The notes beneath the pieces were generated by a model, which saw only the letters and a list, made by a program, of their open reading frames with translations, was not told the DNA's origin and made no database searches. The position numbers and the translations under genes are program-made. From Ochotona princeps (lineage: Eukaryota), in contig NC_080843.1 of NCBI RefSeq assembly GCF_030435755.1, forward strand, positions 68,734,485 through 68,798,484: a stretch of DNA of 64,000 nt, written 5' to 3'. Positions 33,414 through 46,093 of the stretch are shown one piece after another. Each line of letters opens with the position of its first letter. Position 1 is the first letter of the stretch.

Positions 33414-34934
33414 CTAAGAAATTAAGAAACAAATTGAAGTCCCATCACGGAAAGGTTGTGGTAGAAGAGGTGAAGTGGTACGCAAGCTTCCATTTATCTT
33501 AATTTCAATCATTACGAGCTTTGTAAATGTTTTAGTACCTAGGTAGCAAAGACCCCATACAGCAGCACTAAAGTCTTATCTGGAATCTCAGTGTCACAGA
33601 CACTAAGTGGCAGCATGTACAAGTCTAGAGACAGCCTCAGGCATAGATTCAGGAAAAACATTCTAAATCTCTCACAATGTTTTTCAAACTTCTAAATGGC
33701 ATGATTTCTTCCTTTAAAGGCTTCTTTTCTGAGGTATGACTGACACAGAAACCTGTTGTGTTTCGACATGTTTATAGCTGTGAACCACACCATGACTGCA
33801 ACCAATACCGTGCACTTATCTGTCACTTCTAGAAATTTCCTCCTGGTTTCTTAGCACTGGACACAAAGCCCGCTGCCTGAATTTTTAAGTGCATGAAGCA
33901 GTACTGTTAAGGAGTTACCCTAAAGCTGCTCTTCCAACTTCCCTGTGCCCACCTTGCCTACTTTGTGCTGGGCATCTGAGAATGCAGAGTCTGGGCATGG
34001 CCCAGATCCTAACCTTGAAGGAGACAGACCCTAGGCTCTGCTGGAACACAGGGAGGAGTGACATCTGCCGACGAGGACAGACAGACAGGGAGAGGAGGAG
34101 CGACTTGGTCACAGAGCACAGGTGGTCGAAGCAGGCCTTAGGTCCCCGCAGCTTAGTGGCAGGGTCTGCCCTCTCTGCCAGGGGCACAGCTACTCTGTGG
34201 CTTTCCTCCCCAGGCTCGCACAGGACAGCTGGGCGGTTAAGACCCTCCTGCTTCAATCTGCAAACCCTTCTGCGAGACAGACGCCACCGTTCTCCCCATC
34301 ACGTGGAAGAGGAAACAGACTCAGGTCACCATGGAGTGCCGGGGCTGGGAACCCAGGGCTCACCCTTACGCTCTTAGGCTCAGTGCAGTCCTTTCTACTT
34401 CATTAAACCAAGTTCCACCAGAGCAGTTACAGGGGCAAGATGGGCTCCCATGATGTTTCTTAATCGGACAATGGAATGATAAGCTCTATGCTGATATTAC
34501 CGGGGAAATAGCAGCTCTATTCCCAACAGCTTGGGACAACATGCCCAGAGAACCCTTTCAGCGTGCAGGTTTTACTTCCCACCAGAAAATGCATACGAAT
34601 TGCAGTTCCATCAATTTTAGCAACTACGATGTGAAGGTTATACCCTGTGACCTGTTCAGGACCACTGTGGACTGAGGAATATTAAAATGCACCAAAACAA
34701 GGTGCTGGTTGCATGTCAAACACATCGCTTCCATCAGCTAGCTGCTTTGGGTTTTGGTATTTGTGGCGAGGAAGATTTTCTTGAGGAAGACTGCCTTGTG
34801 CCTCAGCACCTGGTACACGTCCCTTACGTTAGTACTGACTGGTACTGATAGTTCCGATGACCAGCTAAGGTGAGCGGTGGGCACATTTCAGCCAAGGGGC
34901 AAAGAGACCATGCATTTACAGAGAAGACAGGTAC

Positions 34935-36092
34935 CTGGGTTTGTAGGCTGAAGAGCTTCCTGCAGGTCACAGCACTCATCCAGCTTTGATGACTGGCCAC
35001 GGCCTGTCCTCCTCCTACTGCCTCCAAGACTTGAATTTTCTTTTTGCTTCCTTTGGTTGCACTGTATGGAGCCACTGACATCTTACTGTCTTTGACAGCT
35101 GTATCCAGCTGCATTAACATTACGTTTGGAAGCTGATCACTTGGATGGAAACTGTCTACTTCGACGGCACCCTCAAAATTCAAGGCAGGACGACGTTTGA
35201 CTTGCAAGGCAGCATGACGTTTGACTGGCAAGGCAGAACCAAATCTGACATTTCTGGCAGGAGCATTGTCAAGGGTATGCCTGAGAGATTGCCTTTCAAA
35301 AAAGCCGCTTGAACTCAAGCTCTCATTAGCCATGGAATCATGGGATTGGGAGGCTATGCTGCGACCAGTGTTAGAGAATCTGGGGGGAGACAGGGAGAGA
35401 CCCTTTTGAAAAGCGACACCAGCAGAGCTAAAGCTCAACCTTGGCTGGGGTGCAGGTAGAGCTGAGACTACAGCCCCAAGCCCGTCCCAAGAGGGCCCTG
35501 CTGTGACGACCTGGGGCAGCTGGCTGGGATGAGAACCCCTCTCTTGGTCGTTGCTAGCAAGGCTTAATTTTGTTGGGCGAGAAGCATGAGAACTAAGGAC
35601 CTCAGGTAGTGATGGGGAAAGAGACATGAAAGCTGGGCAAGGGAGTGGAGCAGGGAAGGCAGGAAAAGCAGAGGAATGAATGCCCCCAGGTAGTGGTGCG
35701 GGAGGAGGGAGGGACGCTGCGCTAAGGAGTGGAGCAGGGAAGGTGGGAGAAGCAGAGGAATGAATGCCCCCAGGTAGTGGTGCGGGAGGAGGGATGGGTG
35801 CTGCACTAGGGGGTGGAGCAGGGAAGGTGAGGGAGATGGCGGCTCCGGCACCGGCAGGCAGAGGAAAGCTGTTGGCAGTCTCTTCTGGTGGTGGCGTGGC
35901 TTCTCCTAAGCAGTTTCTCATCCAGTACCCTTCAGGAGAGAAACTCCTGTCTCTTAAATCCAATGGCATTTCCGCGTCTTCACATTCATCACATGTGAGA
36001 AGCTCTTCCTCTAGCTCATAGGCACCAAGACCAAACAGAGCAGAATGTTCCACCTGCACTGCGTCCCCTGCAGGGGATGCCGAAGGAAGATG
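34935..36092 (-). CDS. PARP4: PARP4 large proline-rich exon, 386 codons, phase 0/0; contains an in-frame 28-codon tandem repeat
   Basis: Acceptor tgttgtttttatctgcag|CAT with an in-frame TGA 12 codons upstream; donor CAG|GTACCT. The open frame overlaps the listed 411-aa ORF. It begins HLPSASPAGDAVQVEHSALFGLGAYELEEELLTCDECED... and ends ...QSWMSAVTCRKLFSLQTQ. The next exon starts in phase 0 with DGFW, which reproduces the human junction ..LLSLQT|EDGFWKLTPELG as I recall it. The ORF-track stop at 34824 lies in the intron. Confidence 0.75.
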
Positions 36093-36540
36093 CTGCAGAT
36101 AAAAACAACATAATGAAGATCAACATTGCTCCCAAGAGAGGGCTCAGTCCCAGAGTCCTCACCTGCATGCGAGGACGGGGGCACTGAGAAAAGCACCCAA
36201 CACGAGGCAGGGAAGGTTGCTCAGCCCTGGAAGGAAGTGCCAGCAACCATCACCTCTAGAGACCGGGCTATGGTCTCCCCTCAGAGCCACGTGCACCCCC
36301 ACTTCACAGGGAGAAAGTGAGGACACAGAGGTGACCCGTCCCAGAGGTGACGCTGAATAGAATCACGGTGTGTAAATGAGCCTGAAAATGAGCTGGTCAT
36401 TCAAAAGAAATGCTGCCAGTCTTTTCTACTGTTTTCTGGAAATATTAAAAAAGGAAAGCAAAGGAAACTTCCAAAGATTGAAAGCAAATGAAGATTTTTG
36501 CACCAGAGAATGAGAATCACGTATTGCCTGAATGTTCTGT

Positions 36541-36800
36541 GGGGCCCGACGGCGTGGCCTAGCGGCTAAAGTCCTCGCCTTGAATGCCCCAGGATCCCAT
36601 ATGGGCGCCGGTTCTAATCCCGGCAGCTCCACTTCCCATCCAGCTCCCTGCTTGTGGCCTGGGAAAGCAGTCGAGGACAGCACTGGCCATTACACTCACT
36701 TGGGGAGTGAATCATCGGACGGAAGATCTTCCTCTCTGTCTCTCCTCCTCTCTATATGTCTGCCTTTCCAAGAAAAAAAAAAAAAATCTTAAAAAAAAAA
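36541..36800 (+). mobile_element. C-repeat SINE, sense, with an internal deletion of about 70 bp
   Basis: Starts ggggcccgacggcgtggcctagcggctaaagtcctcgccttgaatgcc, then ..gcagtcgaggacagcactggccattacactcacttggggagtgaatcatcgg.., with the middle of the consensus missing. Confidence 0.8.
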
Positions 36801-39143
36801 CAAAACAATGTTCCTGGGAAAAGAGCATCCAAGCTAAATCCAGTTTGATACTGACAGCAGGTCTCTGAGATAGTGTGGAAATAATTAGCCTCAAATTTTA
36901 GCTACAAGAGCTGTTTTCAGAAGAGGAGTAGGGACAAGCACTGGGCACAGTGGTTAAAATGCTCCCTGAGAAGCCTGCGTTTGGCCCTTGCTCCGCTTCC
37001 AATCCAGCTTCCTGCCGTGTGAGGGGTCGGAGGGTGGGAGGCAGTTAGGGTCTCTGGCCCTTGGCGAAGTTAGCTTTTAAAATAAAATTGTTCTAAATAA
37101 AAAGTTAACAAATAAATAAAATAAAACCGTGAGGCTCCCTGTTTCTTCCCCTTCCAAGGGCACCTTCTGCCCTCGAAGAGAGAACGAAGGGCCAGAACGG
37201 ACACATCAATGCCCCTTTCTAAGCTTTATCAGCGTGGGAGGAGGAAGCCACCAGTCCTACCCTTCCCATGGCCTCTGGTTCAGCACAAGGTGCCACATTG
37301 CTGCCCAGTATTAATGAGCTTTGCTCTTTTTTTTTTTTTTTTTCCTTTGAGTGACTCTCCGAGACGGTACAAGACATTACCTTCTACCATTTCCTCGGGT
37401 CTTTTTCTCCCTTGGAGCTGAGACCATCCAGGTCTGCTGAAATCTTGGCCACACCTTCAAGTGGGTGGCACAAGCATTGCCCACCCATTTCCTCACTGGT
37501 TAAGAGACCACCAATGGGGGAACCTTTTACCTCTAGATTCATGGCCAATAGGGAGGGGTCAGGGAACCCTTTAAATCCCAAGACCCTTCCTCAGCCCCTG
37601 GTGTCTGTCTCTCCTTCTCTCCTCGCCCATGGCACCCTAGCTCCTGGCTCTCTCTCAGGAGGTGCTTCCCTCTTCCCTCTTCTTTCCATGTACCTGGTCC
37701 CTTCACAAATCCAACTTCTCTGTCTGCAGCCAGTTCTGGCTTCTTATTTCTATATTAAGCCGAGGAAAGAACCCCCCGAGCTTTTCTGGTAACAGGCACC
37801 CTCTTTCATCCTTCGCTAAATAAATCTTGCCCTGCATACTAGAGTTGTATGCATGAAAATTCTTTCATGTAAGGCAAGAAATGAGGTTGCTCTGTGTTTC
37901 ATGTCGAATTCCCCACAACACTGGGAAACCACAGATGGGTCCTGCAGCACTCGGGTCCCTGTCACCCCAAGGGAGTCCTTAGTGAACGGAGCACCAGGCG
38001 TTAGTCTGGTCCAGCCCAACTTTTGCATTCATTTGGGTTGTAATCCACAGGTTGGGAGATGGTCTTTCTGCTCTTCAAACTCAATTTAAAAAATGAATTT
38101 TTCAAAGGAGTAGTTTCAGGGCCGGTGAACTGGTATATCAGATTAAGCTTCTGCCTTGGATCACTGGCATTCAATGTGGGCACCAGTTTGGGTCCTGGCT
38201 GCTGCACTTCCAATCCTGCTCCCTGCTAATGGCCTGGGAAAGCAGCAGAAGATGGATCAAGTGTTTACCAGAGAGGAGTCAGGTGCGATAATAGGCAATT
38301 AAGGCCTCTCTGGTCCATGGTAAAATTAACCATTTAAAGATGTAACACTGTAGGCCCAGCGCGGTAGCCTAGTGGCTAAAGTCCTCACTTTGCATGTAGC
38401 AGGATTCCATATGGATGCCAGTTTTTATCCCAGCCGTTGAGGCTACTTGGGGAGTGAACCAGCAGATGGAAGATCTTTCTCTCTGTCTGTCCTCCTCTCC
38501 CTGGAAATTTGACTTTCTAACAAAAATAAAAATCTTAAAAAAAATGTATTTATTTGAAAGAATTACAGAGAAACCGAGAAATTTTCATCTGATGATTCAT
38601 TCCTCAAATGGCTGTAATGACCAGGGCTGGGCTAGGCAAAGCCAGGAGCCAAGAGTTTTCTGGGTCCTCCAGTGGGTGCAGGGTAAAAAAAATAATGCAA
38701 AACAAAATAAAGTCTTAGTTACATAACATATCCAATGACTGGCACAGCACTGTGGCTAGGGGGATTAAATGCAGCTTGTGACAGCACGCCATATCAGGAG
38801 TGTGTGGTAGACTTCTGGACATTCTATTTCTGATCTGGCTCTCTGCTAAAGTTCTTTGGAAAGCATCAAAAGATGGCCCTAAAGCAAAGGCCTCTGCCAC
38901 CTGCGTGGGAGACCCCTTGGCTCCTGACTTTACTCTGGTCCAGACCTTTTAGAAAGCGAACCAGTGGATGGAGGATTCTTTTTCCTCTCTGTTGTTCTGT
39001 CCCTCAAATAAAATAAATAGTAGGAAGATCTGTGTGAGAAGAGGAGACAACATTAAAATACACATGGAAATTGGGAACTATTTTCATAACTCATAAGGGA
39101 CTCATTTTTCCATGTCAAACTTTTCTAAAACAAATATGGAATG

Positions 39144-39478
39144 GGGCCCGGCGGCATAGCCTAGCGGCTAAAGTCCTCGCCTTGAATGCCCCAGGATCCC
39201 ATATGGGTGCTGGTTCTAATCCCGGCAGCTCCACTTCCCATCCAGCTCCCTGCTTGTGGCCTGGGAAAGCAGTTGAGGACGGCCCAAAGCTTTGGGACCC
39301 TGCACCCACGTGGGAGACCCGGAAGAGGTTCCTGGTTCCCAGCTTTGGATTGGTGCAGTACTGACCATTGCGGCTCACGTGGGGAGTCAATCATCGGACG
39401 GAAGATCTTCCTCTCTGTCTCTCCTCTTTGTATATCCGACTTTATAATAAAAATAAAATAAATCTTTAAAAAAAAACC
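39144..39478 (+). mobile_element. C-repeat SINE, sense, TSD c(a/c)aatatggaatg
   Basis: Starts gggcccggcggcatagcctagcggctaaagtcctcgccttgaatgcc and ends ..ccgactttataataaaaataaaataaatctttaaaaaaaa. Confidence 0.9.
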
Positions 39479-39719
39479 CAATATGGAATGTAGGAAGACA
39501 AGAGAGGACATCGGGAAGCTTTGCCGATGTAGAGCTGTAGGTGCAATCTAGTGGAGAACCTCTGGGATCAGCTGATATGGGAATTCACAGGCCTGAAATT
39601 CCCTAAACCTCAAGCATAGATGCTTCAGGTGGAGGGGTGGGAACTCTCATAGTCTCAAGTCAATTCCCCCTAGTTGTTGATATGTAAATTACATTCTGTG
39701 TTTTATGCCACTCACATGG

Positions 39720-39835
39720 GAGACCAGGCTCCAGGCTCCAGGCTCCAGTGTCCAGACTCCAGACTCCAGGTTCCTGGCTCCAGGCTCCTGGCTCCAGGCT
39801 CCTGGCTCCAGGCTCCTGGCTCTTGGCTCTGGATG
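39720..39835. repeat. Minisatellite (GGCTCCAG / CTCCAGG)n of about 13 units, in a PARP4 intron
   Basis: The run ggctccaggctccaggctccagtgtccagactccagactccaggttcctggctccaggctcctggctccaggctcctggctccaggctcctggctcttggctct. Confidence 0.9.
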
Positions 39836-41851
39836 AGTACCTTAGTAGGCAGCTGAGAGGAGAACTCTCTACTTCTATCTCTCAAATTTACAAAGGTTCT
39901 TTTCAGCGTTTATCTTTTATTTAATTTGAAAAGCAGCGAGACCTTTCATGACTTGGTTCACTCCCCAACTACCTGCCCCATCTCGGGCTGAGCCACGCCG
40001 AAGTCAGGGGTCCCAGAACTCAGTGTGAGTCTCTCACGTGGGGCACAAGGATCCAAGCACTTGCGTCATTGCCTGTTGTCTCTCAGGTGCATATTAGCAG
40101 GAAGCTAGACAGGAAGCAAAGCTGAGTCAACCTCTGGCCTCTGATCTGGCCTGTAGGCATCCCTAGTAGTGAAATAACTGACACGTCACATGCCCGTCCC
40201 CAACCCCTCCAAGAAAAAAAAAAATCCAAATTATACAATGGGGTAAACAGAGGACAGAGCAGCAGCCTCTCTTTTAAAAATATTTATTTACTCATTTTCA
40301 CTTTATTTAAATGGGGAGAGAGAGAGAGAGAAATTTAAGAAATCTTTCAAATGCTGGTTCATGTACCAATTGCATGCAATAGCCAGGGCTGGGACAGGCC
40401 GAAGTCAGGGACCCAGAATCCAATCCAGATCTATTATATGGGTGGCAGGGACCTGAGCCCAGTGCCATCAGCTACTGCCTCACACAGTGCACTTGAGCAG
40501 GAAGGGCCAGGAGTTGAGCCAAGGCTGCAGTAGGAGGCATGGGCAGCCGGAGGGATGGGCACTGCACTGACACCTGCCCCGACAGCCTCTCTTGTTATGT
40601 TGCTGCTGTCTGTCACTATGATCTGATACAAGGCAGTACGGCCAGAGCTCATTAAAATTGTCAAGACAAATTTAAGTGTAATTAGCATCCAATCAATCAC
40701 ATGAAATGTGCAAGGGCACTTTAAAAAGTTTATGGAGGGCTTGGCAGTGTGGCCTAGTGGCTAAGGTCCTTGCCTTGATCCCATATGGCCGCTGGTTCTA
40801 ATCCCGGCAGCTCCACTTCTTCTCTATCTCTCCTCCTCTAAGTATATCTGACTTTGTAATAAAAATAAAATAAATCTTTAAAAAAAAAAAGTCATCTTTA
40901 AAAAAAAAAAGTTTATGGAAAACAGAATCAAAAGATTATTTTGGTGCAAATGATTTTGAAATCCATGTACAGAAGAGGTTTGCAAAAAGTTCCTATAGAA
41001 TGTACATTATGAAACACTGTGTGGATTGCAAAATGGTTTGCATAGAAATAAGCTTCAATTCCATTTAAAAGTGTTTATTTTTATTGAAAAAGCAGAGATA
41101 TAGAGAGAAGGAGATATATAGAGAAAGATCTTCTACTGCTGGTTCACTCCCCATTGGCTACAATGGTTGGGTGCAAGGCAAGGACTTTAGCCACTAGGCT
41201 ATTGTGCCAGGCCGTTAAATTTCACTTTCCATAAACTTTAAAGAATTGTTATTTACTCATACATTAATTCATTTGGAAGACTGAGAACACAGAGGGAGGG
41301 AGACAGACAAGCAGAGACAGAGAAATATTTTTCCAGCCCACTGGCTTATTCTCCAAATGCCTGCAACAACAGCTTGGGCAAAGTCGGAACCCAAAATGCA
41401 GAACTCAGTCTGGTTCTCCCAAGAACCTCAGCCATCACCTGCTACCTGTCCGGATGTTCATCAGGAAGAAGTCTGGGAGATTGGGAGTGGAGCTAGGCTG
41501 CAACACAGACCCTCTGACAATGGGCTGTGGGCATCCGGACTGGTGTCTTAGCCGCTGCACCAAACCCCAAGCCCTAAACTTCTGGAAATACTCTCCTGTT
41601 ATCTGATTAACTAGTTACCTGTATGGCAGCATATCATTCCACGATCAAAGCATCACTGCATTTGCTCTATTGCCATGCTTTGTAGCTACACTGATGTGCA
41701 GTGGCTGCCCAGGAATGCAGCAACGTTTTTACAAAGCTGCATTCTCCACTATAAGGGGAGCAACCGGCAGGTGCAGGAGACAGCACACTGTTGTAACCGT
41801 GGGATGGGAATATGCAAGCTCATGTCTCCTGATGGGGTGACAAGGGCTTAC

Positions 41852-41974
41852 CTGTGTTGCCCTGGGACTTGGCTGCTTCTCCTGCCAGCTCATGTAAGGC
41901 AGGAAGTCGACATCTTCTTCGGCAATGAGTGTTGAGATGTTTGGTATATTGGGAAAAGCTGCCTCATCACCATC
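41852..41974 (-). CDS. PARP4: PARP4 exon, 41 codons, phase 0/0
   Basis: Acceptor attttgacgcaatgtag|GAT and donor CAG|GTAAGC. Translation DGDEAAFPNIPNISTLIAEEDVDFLPYMSWQEKQPSPRATQ; recalled human DENESPFPDIPKVSELIAKEDVDFLPYMSWQGEPQEAVRNQ. Confidence 0.7.
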
Positions 41975-42514
41975 CTACATTGCGTCAAAATTAGGTTACA
42001 ATCAAAAAAGACATTCGCAAATTAGCAATTATCACACGTTCTACAGCCTTGTGGGTGTTGGATTGGCATTGCGTCTCTCTGTAAGCTTGGGTCTTGGGTC
42101 CCGGGCCATGAGTTCAAGCAAAGGTGCACAGACAAGCCTCCTTGGTTGAGGGGTGCTGCCGAGAGCTGTGCTAAGTGCTTTCCACGGATTTTTCTGTGAA
42201 GTAAGGAAGGGAAGAGGGCCTCTGGGAAGGGAAGGGGAACCAGGCTTGATCTATTTTTTGAGGGTGTTGGATTAACGAAAGGTGGGAAGTGCCAAAAATG
42301 TAACCAAAGGATAGAATATTTTAAATTTACATCTGCAGCTATTCATAACATTAAAAACAATATACACTTTTAGGGAGGTTATCAGAAATCTTGGTGCAGA
42401 CCACCATGGATGGGAGACCCTTCTGAGGCCATCTGGCCTTCCCCCAGTGCAGCCCTTTAAAAGACAGAGCGAGAGTAGCTTTCATAACATAGAAACATGA
42501 ATAAGCACACATAC

Positions 42515-42610
42515 CCTTTTCTCAACTGCCACAAAGCTGGTAAACTGTGTTATAAGAGAGTTTTCTTTGCTGAGCTTAATGATGACAGATTTCAAAGTTT
42601 GCTTCTTCAT
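42515..42610 (-). CDS. PARP4: PARP4 exon, 32 codons, phase 0/0
   Basis: Acceptor tttctttttttccttctgtag|ATG and donor AGG|GTATGT. Translation MKKQTLKSVIIKLSKENSLITQFTSFVAVEKR; recalled human MKKQTLKSLIIKLSKENSLITQFTSFVAVEKR. Confidence 0.75.
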
Positions 42611-43555
42611 CTACAGAAGGAAAAAAAGAAAGTATGACCTGTTTTATTGGTATCTATTAGTTGTGTACGCTCAGAGGATCATTAAATGACATAAACAGGT
42701 GTTTTCCTGACTTATAATAAGCATTTCAATCTGAATTCCAGGTCCAGGGTCCTGTCCAGGCATCTCAGGTAGGTGCCTGCAACACAGGGTCAGCTGACTT
42801 GGCTCTGCCACAGGAAGAGGAGTTCCTGGACTTTACAAAGAGTGTCCACCAGTGGCCAGAGTCCTCGGTCCACGGAGGAACTCGAGGGGGCTGGCTGGCT
42901 GTTGAGGATGGTCCTAGGCTGGACCTGGTCAGTTGCCTTCAGAGATCAAAGGACTGTGATCAGAGAACACAAGGATGTGATCCAAGGATGCTCAGGGGAT
43001 TAGAGAGAGCATCTACCATGCCTGTTAGGGCCCCTGGCCATCCCTGGTATCTGGCACCATCTCGGGATTGCATGGAATACCAACACGCTCACTTCATTCA
43101 CACGAACAGTCTCTGGGTGACCAGCTGGACAGTCAGGCTGGGCTAGATGGCTGGGCTAGACCTTCGGCCAGGGCCCTTCATAGCGAGGAGAGAGTGCTGA
43201 GTGCCTCGGGCAGGTCTTCCACAGCCCTGTTCTCGCCTTCACACTACTAGGCTGGGAATACCAACAACACAACACAGGAGCCAAGATGACCTCCCAAGCA
43301 GGCACTTGCTGCGTAGTCTCTGAGCCCCATGTCACCCCTCTCTGCAGGGTAAACCATCTCAGAGTTCCCGGGAAAACACCAGGGGTCCCTGGGCACCCAC
43401 ACTCCCTGCCCGGATGTCTCAGATGCAGTGCTACAAGCTCCCTGGCCCCTGGTTCTGTTCTCCATGCAACTGTCCTTACCTTCCACTTCCTTGGGTAAAC
43501 AAATTAAGACTGAGCAAGAACAAGGCATACTGGTTTCTACAAGGAAAACACCGAA

Positions 43556-43636
43556 CCTCATGATGTGTCTCGTTTTCATGGAGAATGCCGTCTTCATAGT
43601 CTCTGATCAGAGCCCGTGCTGTCAGCTTGTGAATCA
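43556..43636 (-). CDS. PARP4: PARP4 exon, 27 codons, phase 0/0
   Basis: Acceptor tctcctttgctgctgaaacacag|ATG and donor GAG|GTTCGG. Translation MIHKLTARALIRDYEDGILHENETHHE; recalled human MIHKLAARALIRDYEDGILHENETSHE. Confidence 0.75.
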
Positions 43637-45765
43637 TCTGTGTTTCAGCAGCAAAGGAGAAAAGAGATTCAGATGGCTTCTTATCCAAGACTTACAATCC
43701 TCTTTTAAAAACAGCGGGAGTTGACATGTGGCGGCACGCAATATGATGCGTTTTCATGCAAGTTTTCAGCCATATGGCCACTACCGAAATGAAGATATAG
43801 AATCTCCCTTCACCCTCAAAGCTTCCCTCGAGCGCCTTGCAGTCAGCCTATAGACACAACCCTGTTTTCTCAGCTGCATGTTTTCTGTTGCCTGAGGTTT
43901 GCTTTTTCTATCAAAGGCCATTTGCCACTCTAATTCACTTTGGCAATTCAAAACCGCTGTTCCACAATAGGAGAAGCCAGGCTGGGACTGGGGTGTGCAG
44001 CCAGGAACGGGGACTGCAGCCCCTGTAGGTGAAGACTAGGGTGAGGAACTGATCTCCAACGGCAACAGCAGTTTTCAATAATCCCATCCCTCCACAGGGG
44101 AAGGTTGACTTTCAAGACTGTGATTTTACGGAGAACAATCTGTTTCCAGGTAAAAAATTTTTTTATCTGAGTCCAGCACTTTAGCTTAGCAAGTTGAGCT
44201 TCTGCCTGCGGCCACCATCCCATGACTGCTGTGTGGAGTACTGGCTGCTCCACTTCAGATCCAGGTCCCTGCTAACAGCCCAGGGAGGCAGCAGAGGATG
44301 GCTCAAGGCCTTGGGCCCCTGCACCCATGTCAGGGACCTGGAAGAAGCTCCTGGCTCCTGGCTTTGGACCAGCTCAATTCCAGCCATTGTGGCCAGCTGG
44401 GGAGCAAATCAGCAGAGTGAACCTCTCTCTCTCTGTCTCTCCTCTCTCTGCAACTCTGCCTTTCAAATAGATAAAAAAAATTTAAATCCTTTCAATTCTT
44501 TACCCCTTAGCTTCAATTTTTGAAGCAATATCGATATTTCGCTAAATTCCATGCATTAAGCCATTGGCAAATATTGTCAATTATACTGATCCACTGTCAA
44601 AAAGTAAGCTGTATATCTCACCTTAGAAACACAGTAATAACTGGGATATGATTTGCTTGGTTATGCAAGTAGTCCCATGACTAGCAAATTAGATACATGG
44701 AATACACAGCTCAGTGTTTTCAAGGTCAAACCGGAGCGTGTGCAGTAGGTCCCAAAGCTCCTTCAGGGACTCCCAAGGCCACGTTTGTTACTCCCTTCCG
44801 ATTGTGCCCATGTGCATGTTAGCTTGGATGAGGTCAGGTCTGCCTGTGGTTGGAGGGGCTTTCAGCCTCGGCCTCCTGGCACAGTCAGTCACCAGTGGTC
44901 AGTGAGCCCAGGAGCCTCCTGCTTGATGACAACTGCGGGAAACCTGACCAATGGACCCAGTGAGCCCTGGGCCATCCCTGCTCTGGCTGTCTCTCTGTGT
45001 GTTTATATCATGCTTGGTGACATAAAGATGGGGAGGAAGAGGATTCCTGGGTTCTATGAGCTGTAAGAGCAAATGACTGGGCCTGGTCAGACTGGGGGAT
45101 GCCCCAGTGCATGACATGAGGCCTACGAGTGTCCTAGGGGGCTGCGTCCTCCCCTCCTGAAAGCAAATGACCGGGCCCGGACAGGCTGTGGGATGCCCCA
45201 GTACACCACCCAGGTCCTGCAAGTGTCCTGGGGGGCTGAGCCCTCCCCTCCTGGGACACACGCACACTCCGGAAAGTGAAGACTCAGACGTAGTATACAG
45301 AGTGGGGTCAAAGCACTGGTCAGTGTGGGCAAAGTCCACGTATATGGAGACCACAGGAGCCTGGAGATTTTCATTTCATAATTAATTTACTTTTCATTTA
45401 AAAATGGAAAAATACATCTTCAACATAGCATGTAGTTGACCCTGACGCAGTAATGCTGTGATGAACATTTATAAATAGTGTGGCTATTGCCATGCCAATG
45501 AGCCTTCATTGAGTCATGAGCATCTTTGTGATCCTTCACACACAAAACGCTGACTCGAAGGGTGATTATTTGTACCGGTGCCCATGGGGTCATTCAGACA
45601 TGAGGCTCCCGGGCTGTGAGTCAGCTGTGTACTTGGTACCATCTTTGTATGTACACATGACCAAACTGCATCACGTACATCAAAGGAAGAATGCGAAACA
45701 CTGTGCCCACACACGGACACACACAATCAAGACTTTTGGCCCAAAGTTTAAGTATGGAATCTCAC

Positions 45766-45846
45766 AGTTCCCGTGGTCTTCTGAAGCTCAGTAGTCGACA
45801 CCAGGGCCTGGAATTCCTTCTCCTCAATCAGCGCACACAGAGTTGC
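45766..45846 (-). CDS. PARP4: PARP4 exon, 27 codons, phase 0/0
   Basis: Acceptor tttcccattgcag|GCA and donor ACT|GTGAGA. Translation ATLCALIEEKEFQALVSTTELQKTTGT; recalled human ATLCALIQEKEFCTMVSTTELQKTTGT. Confidence 0.75.
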
Positions 45847-46093
45847 CTGCAATGGGAAAGACACGAACTCCTCCTTAGGTTTCCATTCCAACTTCTGCTG
45901 AGTCCACAGTGGTTCTTTCAACGATGTCTCCTCCTTCTCACTGGCAGCCAGAAGCCTCGTGAGCCCAGGCTAACACCCAGCTGTGTCCCTACAAGGGGGA
46001 AAATCTGCTACCCAGGAAGGGAAGGAAGAAAAAAAAAAAAAACTTAGCAAAATGGATTGCTCTTCCCATAGCATGACTTGTGCACCTGCCTAC

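Noticed and set aside
34824-36059. The 411-aa ORF taken at face value as a complete terminal exon with its own stop
   Set aside because: The stop at 34824 lies after a consensus donor (CAG|GTACCT at 34935). The downstream exons at 33.4, 31.5 and 29.3 kb continue the PARP4 reading frame to the true C-terminus (..LHRALSQSQG*). The track's first 'M' here is a GTG codon, so the track evidently allows alternative starts. The exon actually begins at the acceptor at 36092.
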